Shown: positions 1 through 11,095 of the stretch, one piece after another | How positions within the stretch are numbered: position 1 is the first letter of the stretch | Layout of the letters: each line of letters opens with the position of its first letter | NCBI GenBank assembly: GCA_002269645.1 | Contig: NIVC01004888.1 | Span: forward strand, 1-32,222 | Source of the DNA: Macrostomum lignano | Taxonomy: Eukaryota | Length of the DNA stretch: 32,222 nt | Direction of reading: 5' to 3' | Program-made: the position numbers and the translations under genes | Notes under the pieces: model-generated | Databases searched by the model: none | What the model saw: the letters and a program-made list of their open reading frames with translations, nothing else | What the model was told of the DNA's origin: nothing

Positions 1-1277
1 GAAATAGCTCAAATGTACCATCACAATAATATATATATATATGCAGCAATATACAAAAGTAAGCCATTATACTCTGGCTATGCCACTGTATACCACTGTA
101 AGATACATAAATAGGTTGAAGGTGGTAATGGCCTACCAGGTAAGCCATAGTCAGGATCATGGCATGCCTATGCTAGAACAAATCTTATCAAAGATAGTTT
201 GATTGTACCATGTGCTAGAACTTTTTTGAAAAAAACAAACACAAAAATTTGTATTTTCCCTTTAAAAAAATACTAGTAAAAACTTTTATTTGAATCTGTT
301 GTATAGAAAAACAACATTAATGTATTTTAATTTAAAATGCCATCAATATACTGGCAAACAAAAAAGTGCTAATTATGCATTAGACAAAGCATCATTTGTT
401 TTTTATTTGGCACTTCACAATATTTTTATACTTTCTGTATTGAATTCAATCTTGTTTGACTATTCTTGAATTCCAAGCCCATTTTTGAAATTTCAAGAAT
501 TTCTCAAAATGATCAAAAAAAGACCCAAGTCTCAAAATTTTGAGATTGAGATCAAGGTTTTGGTCAAACTCTAGTGCATACTAGCAATCAGCGCGCCACC
601 AATTAGGGAGCCAAAAAATGCAGTATAAGTTTTTTTTAATAAACTACATGTAGCAATCTCTTTGCAATATCCCTCAGAAGTCCCTTATAAGACTTGACAT
701 GTCACCAATTCCCCCCCCACAAGCCTTAACATATCAACTTCCAATGCCCCCTATAAGCCTTGAAATCTTAAAAAATCTGTCAACCTTCTAACCTTAACCC
801 TAACCCTAAAGCATTGACAATTCAATAATTCTCCCCAAGAGTTATTATAGCATTACAGCATTATAGCGATTCCCTGTAAGCCTTGACATTGTAGGGATTC
901 CCAAATGAATCTCTTAACTTCAACATGACACTTTTTTATTTTTACATTACGCTTCTTCTATCAGCGACCCCCCATGAGGAGCCAACAAACAATGTAATAA
1001 AAAGTTTTGAATAAACAACATGTAGCTTCTGACTTTAGCCTTAACATCTCAGTTATTCCCCCATGAGCCTTGACATCTCAGCTATTCCCCCGTAAGCTTT
1101 GACATCAATAGTAATTCTCCCTAAGAGTCATAGCATGCAGTTTATGTGATGTTTTTAACATGACATTTCTTTTATGTCTGATATAATGCTTCTTTTGTCA
1201 AGGCTTTATTCTGCTTTTGAATAAACTACATGTTTAAACTATAGCTTCTCTTTGCAAAAACCTTAGCAATCCCTTAT
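1..1277 (+). repeat. Terminal direct repeat, copy 1 (matches 30952..32222)
   Basis: Base 1 (gaaatagctcaaatgtaccatc...) recurs at 30952, and the match runs to the last base of the window (...ccttagcaatcccttat = 1261-1277). The differences I found are small indels. Confidence 0.97.
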
Positions 1278-1330
1278 GAGTCTTGACATCTCAGCTATTC
1301 CCCTTGCAAGTCTTGACATTTTAGCTATTC
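579..1330 (+). repeat. Left arm of a long imperfect inverted repeat (partner ~5200..6224), built from degenerate aagccttgacatctcagctattcccc subunits
   Basis: tactagcaatc...ttagggagccaaa (579-615) and caatgccccc...gtcaaccttctaacc...gggattcccaaatgaatctcttaac (743-920) are reverse complements of 6224-6190 and ~6045-5850. Confidence 0.85.
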
Positions 1331-1429
1331 CCCTTGCAAGTCCTGACACATATATATATATATTCTAGACATTATAGACATGACATTTTTAGTATATAGG
1401 ATTTAGTGTATATCACTCCTAAAAAATAA

Positions 1430-2060
1430 TGTGCATATACACCTGACCCATACTCCAGGTCATGTAATATATACCTGAAAATTTAGGCATGCATTAGCCT
1501 TGTATGCCAAAAGTAGATGTGCATAGTTGGCATACATCACTCCTAAGAAAATACACCTGGCATGCACTTTATAGAATCATGCAGAAGAGTTATTGTGAAG
1601 TAGAAAAAAAGTGAAAAAAGTTTCTTATTATACATAAATTTCTGGCTTTCCGGGTTTTTAAGATTGTAATAAGGTATTTAAACAAATCTTTACATGTATC
1701 AATTTTCTACTGTAAAAAGTATAGCCAAAAAAGCAGAAAAATGAACCAAATTATCTGTTAAAAATGGTATATTACACAATAAAAAGCAAAAGAGGTTATT
1801 TTATTGTCACAATGTAAAAAAGGTCATTTATTGTTGCAACACTATCAAAGTTTTAAGAATAAGCATGTGCTAAATTTTTTGGCATGCATTTATAACTACC
1901 AATTTTTGTTTGGGCATGCATCCAGTATGATCCAGACAATGGCACCTGGCATGCATTGTATAGAATCATATAGAAAAGTCAGTGTTAAGTAGAGAAAGGA
2001 TGAAAAAAAGTTCATTTTTAAGCATAAATTTCAAGCCTTCCAGTTTTTTGAAGCTTGGGG
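1430..2060 (+). repeat. Decayed dispersed repeat copies. 1553-1670 and 1943-2060 are direct copies; 1445-1540 resembles 30655-30750 and the right end of the 7858-8344 MITE.
   Basis: Visual alignment: acctggcatgca..tatagaatcat..aagtaga..gaaaaaa..cataaattt occurs twice, and tcatgta(a/g)tatat(a/g)cctgaaaattt occurs near 1460 and 30675. Confidence 0.7.
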
Positions 2061-2098
2061 AGGGGAGTGGGATAATCTGAGGGCCCCATTCCTCTCTC

Positions 2099-2650
2099 GA
2101 GATTAGCACTACCTCAGCCCAGATTAGCCCAATTGGCTCCAGATTAGCACTAACTCCCCACAGATTAGCACTATTGCCCCCAAGATTAGCACTTAGTGCT
2201 AATTTGGGCTAAGTTGTGCTAATATGGAACAAATTGGGCTAATCTGGGGGAGTAGTGCTAATCTCTGGGAGTAGTGCTAATCTGGAGGGGTGGGGCTAAT
2301 CTGGGCAGAGTGCTAATTTTGGGGTAAGTGGTGCTAATCTTGGAGTGAGACTTGCTAATCTGGGTGGAGTGCTAATCTGGAGCAAAGTGTGGCTAATCTG
2401 GGGTGAGGTAGTGCTAATCTGGGGGAGCGAAATGGGGCTAATCTGGGCTGAGTCCTAATCTAGAAGGGAGTGGTGTTATTTTGAGGGAGTAGCGCTAATC
2501 TGGGATAGTAGTGCTAATTTGATAATGTTAATTTGGAGAAGTGGTGCTAACCTGGGGGAGGAAAGTCTAATCTGAGGGAGTAGTGCTAATCAGGAGGGGA
2601 ACTTGGGAAGTAGTGCTAATCTGGCGGAGTAGTGCTAATCTGGGGACAGT
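2099..2650. repeat. ~20-bp G-rich minisatellite (gtgctaatctggg core) with a head-to-head orientation switch at 2194
   Basis: 5 copies of (c/a)agattagc(a/c)c at 2101-2192, then the palindromic junction attagcact-t-agtgctaat (2185-2203), then about 20 copies of gctaatctgg to ~2650. Confidence 0.9.
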
Positions 2651-2921
2651 AGAGCAAAATCTGATGGTAGTCCTTGTGTCAGTTTTTTTGCACAATTATT
2701 GCAAAATTTAATATTTTTGATTATTTTTGATTATAATATTTAATATTTTTGAATGTAATTTTTGATTAATGGAAATCAACATTTTGGATAATTATAGTAA
2801 GGTTGCTGTTATGCCAAAATAAAAACCAATTGGTGTCATTTTCAAGGCTCCCCAGAGGGGGGGGGCTAAATAGCTAGTCATTTCCTTCCTTTATTTTCCA
2901 ATATACTAAAATCCAATATAC

Positions 2922-3363
2922 TAAAAATGAAAATCTTGTATGTTTGTACACAATCGATTATCTCCAGAATGGCTTAACCAATTTTCATGAGACTTGCACT
3001 GTTCAATCAGAAATTTTCCTGTGACGGTACATGTGTCTTGGCTAAGAAATTGCTCGATGCTAAAGGCATTAAATATTCGAAAAACATGCTTTTTTGCAAA
3101 GGTCAAGCAAACTTTTTGACTTGAAATGCATTGTAAGTTTTTTATATAATAAAAATGAAAATCTTGTGTTTGTACACAATCGATTATCTCCAGAATGGCT
3201 TAACCAATTTTCATGAGACTTGCACTGTTCGATTAGAAATTTTCCTGTGACGGTACATGTGCCTTGGCTAAGAAATTGCTCGATGCTAAAGGCATTAAAT
3301 ATTTGAAAAACATGCTTTTTTGCAAAGGTCAAGCAAACTTTTTGACTTGAAATGCATTGTAAG
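2922..3363 (+). repeat. Near-identical tandem duplication, period ~229 bp
   Basis: aaaaatgaaaatcttgt...acacaatcgattatctccag...gacttgaaatgcattgtaag occurs at ~2923-3137 and ~3151-3363. Confidence 0.92.
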
Positions 3364-3754
3364 AATGCTAGAAAAAAAAAACTGACTAGTTGAATTCTGA
3401 TTCTGAAATAGATTGCATCATAACTGAATTGTAACTCTGACTTGAATTGCATCACAGTATTGAAAATGCAGTGTGGAAGCGTAGCACCAGACTTGATTTA
3501 GATTGCGTAACCATATTGTTAACTGATACTGACTGACTGAGAAATTGATTATGTCATAACTGCCTCATGTGATTTACTCTATGCTTGGAGTTTTGAAACT
3601 TATAATTATAAGTGCTAAAATTCATGTTTGGATTTTAGCTGAGAGCTAGCCTTGAGGTAAACAGACTGAACTGCTAAATGCAGGGACAAAGGTTTGAATT
3701 TTTAGAGAGTAAAGTTTTTTTAATTAAAGCTTTTGAACGCCAAGAAAACTAAAA

Positions 3755-5185
3755 ATCATGGAAGCGTCATGTAAAAAATCATAGAAGCGTTATGTAAACA
3801 ATCATAGAAGTGTCATGTAAAAATCATAGAAGCGTCATGAAAAAATCATAGAAGCGTCATATAAACAATCATTGAAGTGTCATATAAACAAGCATAGAAG
3901 CATCATGTAAAAGATCATAGAAGCATCATGTAAACAATCATAGAAGTGTCATGTAACAATCATAGAAGCGTCATATAAACAATCATAGAAGCGTCATGTA
4001 AAAAATCATAGAAGCCTCATGTAAACAATCATAGAAGCGTCATGTAAAAAATCATAGAAGCGTCATGAAAACAATCATAGAAGCGTCATGTAAAAATCAT
4101 AGAAGCGTCATGTAAAAAATCATAGAAGCATTATGTAAAAAGCATAGAAGGGTCATATAAACAATCATAGAAGCATCATATAAACAATCATAGAAGTGTC
4201 ATATAAACAATCATAATTGCATCATGTAAAAAATCATAGAAGCGTCATGTAAACAATCATAGAAGCATCATGTAACAATCATAGAAGCGTCATATAAACA
4301 ATCATAGAAGCGTCATGTAAAAAATCATAGAAGCGTCATGTAAAAAAATCATAGAAGCGTCATGTAAAAAGCATAGAAGCGTCATATAAACAATCATAGA
4401 AGCGTCATATAAACAATCATAGAAGTGTCATGTAAAAAATCATAGAAGTGTCATGTAAAAATCATAGAAGTGTCTTGTAAACATTCATAGAAGGGTCATA
4501 TAAACAATCATAGAAGCATCATTTAAACAATCATAGAAGTGTCATATAAACAATCATAATTGCATCATGTAAAAAATCATAGAAGCGTCATGTAAACAAT
4601 CATAGAAGCATCATGTAACAATCATAGAAGAGTCATATAAACAATCATAGAAGCGTCATGTAAAAAATCATAGAAGCATCATGTAAAAAAATCATAGAAG
4701 CGTCATGTAAAAAGCATAGAAGCGTCATATAAACAATCATAGAAGCGTCATATAAACAATCATAGAAGTGTCATGTAAAAAATCATAGAAGTGTCATGTA
4801 AAAATCATAGAAGTGTCTTGTAAACATTCATAGAAGCATCATGTAAAAAGCATAGAAGCATCATGAAAACAATCATAGAAGCGTCATGTAAAAAATCATA
4901 GAAGCATCATGTAAAAATCATAGAAGCGTCATGTAAACAATCATAGAAGCGTCATGTAAAAATCATAGAAGCATCCTGCAGAAATCATAGAAGCGTCATG
5001 TAAAACATCATAGAAGCGTCATGAAAAAATCATAGAAGCGTGATGTAAACAATCATTGAAGTGTCATCTAAAAAGTCATAGAAGTGTCATAAAAAAATCA
5101 TAGAAGCCTCATTTAAAAACTAATGAAAGTGTCATTTAAAAATTAAAAAGCGTCATGTCAGACATGAAGGGTGTCATGTAAAAAT
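3755..5185 (+). repeat. 22-23-bp satellite array (catagaagcgtcatgtaaa(c/a)aat), roughly 60 copies
   Basis: Directly visible tandem periodicity. Longer variant runs are themselves duplicated (~4140-4500 vs ~4480-4850). Confidence 0.97.
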
Positions 5186-5199
5186 TAAATGCAGCTATA

Positions 5200-6224
5200 A
5201 TGTTGTGCTAGGGAGAAAAACTGAGACGTAAAGGCTTTCAGAGAATAACTAAGATTACGGGGGGGTTTCTAAGATGTCAAAGCAAAAGTCAGAAGCTACT
5301 TCAAAGTTCATGTACTTTACTCAATTTTTATTGCATTCTTTGTTGCCTCGCCACAGGGGGGGAGGGCGCTGATAGAAGAAGAGTCATGTAAAAAAAGTAG
5401 CACTATATAAGGCCTATACATAATAGAAAAGTCATGTCAAAGTTAAAAGATTCATTTGGGAATTGCTACGATGTCAAAGCTTGGTGGAAATCGTTATAAT
5501 GCTGTGATTCTTGAAGAAGGAATCACTAAAATGTCAAGGCTTAGGGGAGAATAATTGCTGAGATTTCAAGGCTTTAGGTTGGGTTAAAGTTAGGTTTAGG
5601 TCAAGTATGGGTTGAGGGTTATATTTTATCAGGTTTCAAGGTTAATAGAGGATTTTTAAGATTTCAAGGTTTATGAGGGCCATCACTGACATGTCAAGGC
5701 TTATAGGGGGAATAGCTAAGATGTCAAGGCTAAATTTAGAAGCTATATATAGTTTATTGAAAACTTTTTATTACATTATTTGATGCCTCCTTAGGAGAGG
5801 GATTGCTGATAAAAAAGCGTAATGTAAAAAATAAAAGAAGCTTCATGTCAATGTTAAGAGATTCATTTGGGAATCCCTACAATGTCGAGGCTTATAGAGA
5901 ATCGCTATAATGCTATAGTAGTACTATAATGACTCTTAGAGAGAATTACTAAAATTTCAATGCTATACAATTATACAGTTAGGGTTAGGCTAGGGTTAGA
6001 AGGTTGACAGGTATTTTTAGATTTCCAAGGCTTATTGGGGGCATTGCTAAGATGTGAAGGGGGAAATTGATATGTTAAAGCTTGTGGGGGGGAATTACTG
6101 ACATGTCAAGGCTTGACATGGTTTGACAGGAAATTTTTTAAGATTTCAAGGATACATGTAGCTTATTAAAAAAACGTGTATTGCATTTCTTTGGCTCCCT
6201 AACGGGGGGCATAGATTGCTAGTA
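5200..6224 (-). repeat. Right arm of the long inverted repeat; contains two diverged tandem copies of a ~450-bp subunit
   Basis: Reverse complement of 579-1330. Internal duplication: gctgata..aagcgt/gagtcatgtaaaaa..agattcatttgggaat occurs at ~5365-5465 and ~5805-5875. Confidence 0.8.
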
Positions 6225-6390
6225 GTATTACTATTAGGCCCTAGCAGTGAAAATTATAATAGGGCTTAAAGAGACAGGAGAGCTGCCCCATTACAATATC
6301 AAGTATAAAGTGCTACATTGCAAAAAGAGTAAATAAACTCAATAGAAATAAAAACTTTTTGCTTTTGATTAAAAGTAATCATACATAGTA

Positions 6391-6630
6391 CCTAGTCCAA
6401 CTCCTAAGGGCCAAAAAGCATTGCGAATTAGAAATTAGTAGGCCTAGGGGCCTATCTAGTCCTAAGGGCCAAAAAGCATTACATAATTTTTCATAACTTT
6501 AAAATGAAAGACCAAAAAGAAGCTTAAGTCTCATTAAAGTCCATGATATTATTGTATTTTGAGATCAGTATATTCCTATTCACTCATTACTTATTTAAGA
6601 TTAGGAGTCTTTTTAGGAGTTAGGACTAGG
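6391..6630. mobile_element. Putative 240-bp MITE with TA target-site duplication (Tc1/mariner-Stowaway-like)
   Basis: Left TIR CCTAGTCC-AACTCCTAA at 6391; right TIR reverse complement CCTAGTCCTAACTCCTAA ending at 6630. TA flanks both ends (6389-6390, 6631-6632). No ORF. Confidence 0.55.
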
Positions 6631-7857
6631 TAGGTAACAAATAAGAAGTGGTGTAAAATACTTTATCGAAATGGGGATTATCACAGAGAAGAAATGTCGC
6701 AATTGTACTAATATGGTTTAACAAGTTTTATAATTTTTAGATAAACACAGACTGTCAGTTATTTAGGAATGTTTTAAAACTTCATAGTTGCCATAAATTT
6801 TAGTGATCTGTAAGATTTCGTAGAACGATGATGATATTTTAAATTTGCGCAACTTAACAAAAAACTGCCGTAAATTTAATAACAAGATTTTTAAATAGAA
6901 AAACGTTTTTAATACAACTTTTTTCTAATGTTTACTAGTAATCATTTTAAAAAATTGTCAGGAATTGTAAAAGTTGTAGGTTTGGCACAGTTTTGTAAGA
7001 TTAATTTCAAGAATCAAATTGATTCTAGACTTTGATTCGCGCAATCGCTCGGTTGTTGATTTCGCAATGTGGTTCAACAGAAAGTTGCAGTCCTCGTTTA
7101 TATTCCTCGTCCTCGTTAAGTTTTAGGCCTATTCCTAATATTTAAAGCATGATATTTAATAATAATAGTAGTTTATAGCTTATTATTGATAATTTGAAAC
7201 AAAAAAGCACACTTTTTTCACAGAATTAGTCAACAATCAATTGGGATTGGATTTTAACAAGTAGATGGAGGATGGACATGGAAATGTTATAATACAATAC
7301 TATTAGTCTATTAAATATTTAAATAGGCCCAAGAAAGATGTATCATGTATGCATTGATGGCTTGATACATTATTCATTATTCCTAGCATCACTTAGCATC
7401 ATTGACTTTTAGGCTAGGCCTAGTCTTTATCTTTATTAAGAGTGAGTTATTACATATTAGGCAGGGGCAATGATTTGCAGAAAAAGAGCATTGCAAGCAA
7501 GTGTTGGCAGGAAAAAAAAGTGGCATTCTTCTCAAATTGTTTGTTATTTAAACTATTGTTTTCAATGTTTTTTGCTTTTTCCATCTAAAAAGTTGATTTT
7601 AACATGTTTTTGTTTAGGCATTCCCCAAGCTATTAAAACAATAAAATTAACAACTTTGTTTTTTGCACTTTTTTCATTTCTAGCAATTCCCAATGATTCC
7701 TAGCAATTCCTAGGCCTAACAATTCAGAGCAATTTCTTGTGATTCCTAACAATTCCTTTATTTATTTAAAATAATTCCTAGGCCCTAACAATTCAAAGTT
7801 TCAAAGTTTTTTATTTTAGTTCCAGATTAGTGCTGAAATCCAGGACCAGGGTCAGGA

Positions 7858-8344
7858 CCATAGTGTGGATCATGCTAAGTGCACGCGAGAAACGACCCAA
7901 AGCTAATTCCCAAAAGCACGCCGACGACAAGCGAATGCACGCCGATAAATTAAAATTCAAATTGAAGACAAAAAACGTATTTTAAATTGCATTGTGTAAA
8001 ACAAAGCAACAAACGATGTACAAAAGAAATGATATATCTTTAAAAACGTGTATTTCTCATACATTAATGTATTTAAATAAACACTGTTTATTTACAATAG
8101 TTTTTTTCAAAAGTTAAATACAATAATACGTATTTTATGTCTGCTTACCATTGCATTGGCAGCTTTGCCACATCAGGTGGCAGGCACGCGGCACGCGGCG
8201 CATGCCAGGCACACCAGTGTATTTATGTAGTGTGCATTATGCATGCCAAATGCATGCCACTTACCTAATCGCACGCCGGTGCACGCCACTTTTGAAAATG
8301 CACGCGGGAAAATTCTCGCGTGCACTACATGATCTACACTATGG
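7858..8344. mobile_element. 487-bp non-autonomous DNA transposon (MITE) with ~33-bp TIRs and an 8-bp TSD (hAT-like by TSD length)
   Basis: Left TIR CCATAGTGTGGATCATGCTAAGTGCACGCGAGAA; right TIR reverse complement CCATAGTGTAGATCATGTAGTGCACGCGAGAA. Perfect flanking direct repeat GGTCAGGA at 7850-7857 and 8345-8352. Confidence 0.85.
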
Positions 8345-10094
8345 GGTCAGGATTGTGTACCGCTGTACGCCGGAACAAAAATTGCTTCCGTAGCTCATGC
8401 GCACTAATATATACCAACAAACTTTTTATCACATTCAAAAATATACAAAAATTACAAATCTGCAACTAATATTAAAATTAAAAGCTTGCAAAACTTTAAT
8501 ATTTTTAAAACTTATGTGCTAAAACTGAAAATCTTATACTAAGCAATAGAGAACTAGGGGCCTAGTTTATTTCAACTATTTTTGTTTTACTTTTACTTTC
8601 CTAGAAAAGTTTAACCTGGTTTTTTTAATTTAGTTTTCCATTTTTTTCGTAGAGGCCACGCGCCAGCTATTCTTTCTGACCAAAATTTAGCTACTATAAC
8701 TATGTACATTGAGACTATGCCAAATGCAAACTTAATCATTTTTGTATGCTAATTATATACATGTAGATTGATTGTTGGGACTTGGAACTTTTGGTCCCAC
8801 CTACTAGTCTCGGCAATTGCAATATGCCAAGAGGGCATGCCAGGCCCCTTTGTATGCCAAGTTGTACGCCAATGGTATAATCTAATGTATACCATCTGGA
8901 GTCTGGATCCAGGAATTGTGTTGTCTAATATGACAATAATGCTTGGAAGTGTCTATGGCCCAAAGGGATAAGTTGGTTAAAGGGAAGGGAAGTATAAGCA
9001 TTTAGACTTATGTTCTTACTACTAAGTTTTTGGTATAGGTCTATCAATACTATGCTAGGCCTAGGAGGCTGCCTGGCTGGCAACACTAAATCCAAACTTG
9101 CTATACAACACTTTCAAGCTAACTAAAAAATATGCTGATATCAAGAAGAATGTCAAAAAAGCTTGTTTGGCAATTTTCTTGCAGAAAATTTACTCATGGG
9201 GTAAATACTTATACACTTTAGAAAAATCTTAGTAAAGGCCTAGGTAAAGCTAAGTAGGAAAATCTTGGCAAATAAATCTTGGACTTGGTAAGCTTTTTAA
9301 CATGTCCTAAGGCAAAAAAGTCATCCTATATTGACTAAAAATACAAAAAAATTGATGACTATTGTCTAAGTTATATGCCAAATGGAATTACCTAATTGAC
9401 AATTGACATAGTGACCACATTTAAATTTAAAGGTCCACTGATTAGCTAGTTGACAAATTGACCTGAGGGTAATAACAATTTGATTAGGATCCTAGAATGC
9501 TTTATTTTGTCTAAAGAAAGGAAAACACTTGTAAGGCCTTTTTTGATAAATTATAGAAGTCTAAATATAAAACAAACCTATATTATAATGTTTATCTATA
9601 GTCTAGCTAATCTAGCTAGGATAGATATATCAAAATGTTAGCTATAAACCATATATTGTATTACTCGTAGAATAGCTAGATTAGCCACTAAGGTATATAT
9701 ACTTAGCAAAATAGCTTTCTACTTTTAGTAGCAATAAAGAATACATAAGCCTAAGCTATTATATAAGAATAAAGATAGCTAAAATGAATTTGATAAGTTT
9801 AGAAGCTAATCTTACAAATATAAATGGCTTGATAATTTGTTTAGCCATAATATAATATTAGCCATTGTACAAAGCAGATTTAAGGTTGAAAAACTGAAGG
9901 TAGGCCTAATAAAATTAGGTAATAGCATAGGAATAAAGCTTCTATGTAATGTAGAATTAGAGGGTTTAAGCTTTGAGATTCAAACCAATACTTGTAAATA
10001 AGCCTTGTCTTTATAAATATACTAAAATAATTCAGTTTAACTTACTATTGAACTGAAAGTTGTTTGAATGCAAATGTGCTAAGTGGCCTATCTA

Positions 10095-10680
10095 GTTATT
10101 CTAGTATATCCATATACTAAAAATGCTTTGTATATGTATGTAATAAATTTTAGGAAAAAATAGTTTAACCAATTTTCTTCAAAGTTGCACCATTCAATTA
10201 GAAATTTGCATTGTAGGTAAGAAATTGCTAAATGCTATAGGGATTAAATATAACAAACATGATTTGTGCAAAGGTAAAACAGCTCTTCTGACATGAAATG
10301 CATTGTAAAAATGCTAGAAAAAAACTGACTGATTGAATTCTAATTTTAAAATAGATTGCATTGCACTAAGCTTTTTACTGGCCAAATTTTGACATGTCAT
10401 AGTTTGAAAATGCAGTATGGAAGCATAGCACATGACTTGATTTATATTGCATAACTATATTATTAACTTTAATAGACTAGTATTGACTTGACTAAGAAAT
10501 TGATTGTCATAACTGCTTTGTGTGACTTAATTCTGACTTAGTATGAGTATTAAATAAGTGCTAAAAATTCATTTTATAAAATCAACCAAAGCTACCTGGA
10601 TATAAACAGACTACACTGCCAATGCAAAAACCTAGGTTCAAATCTTTGTAATTAATTTTTTTATCCAAAGCTTTTACTAA
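10095..10680 (+). repeat. Diverged dispersed copy of ~3150..3740
   Basis: Shared blocks in the same order: ttaaccaattttc, gaaatgcattgtaa.aatgctagaaaaaa, gaaaatgcagt.tggaagc.tagcac, agaaattgatt..gtcataactgc, taagtgctaaaa.ttcat. Confidence 0.85.
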
Positions 10681-10714
10681 AATATTCATTAAATAATTAT
10701 TAAATAGCAAAAAG

Positions 10715-11095
10715 GATTTTTTTGAACTAGCTGAGATATGGAATATTGCACTAGCTAAGAAAAGGACTATTGCACTAGCTTAGAAAATAATTATTGCACT
10801 AGTTAAGACAGATTATTGCACTGGTTGAAAAGGATAGCCACCCTTGCCAAGCTTTTAGCCAAGCTTAATATTGCAGTGGCTGATACATAGATTATTGCAC
10901 TAGCTTAGAAAGGGATTATTGCATTACCTGAGAAAGCTATTATTGCATTAGCTGAGGAAATTGTTGCATTAGCTACTTGCTTTCTGGTGGATGCTTGCTA
11001 TCTGAAGGGGGGGTGTTTGATATCTCAGGGATGCTTGCTATCCGGGGGGGGGGGGTGCTTGCTATCTGTGGGATGCTTGCTATCTGAGATATTGT
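10715..11095 (+). repeat. Degenerate short tandem repeats: ~21-bp attattgcactagct units, then gatgcttgctatc units
   Basis: About 10 (t/a)attgca(c/t)ta motifs at 10740-10970 and 4 tgcttgctatc motifs at 10990-11085. Confidence 0.7.

Noticed and set aside
1-1277. LTRs of a giant retro-element
   Set aside because: No TG...CA termini, PBS, PPT, gag/pol or TSD. The repeat edges coincide with the window edges and the differences look like sequencing indels.
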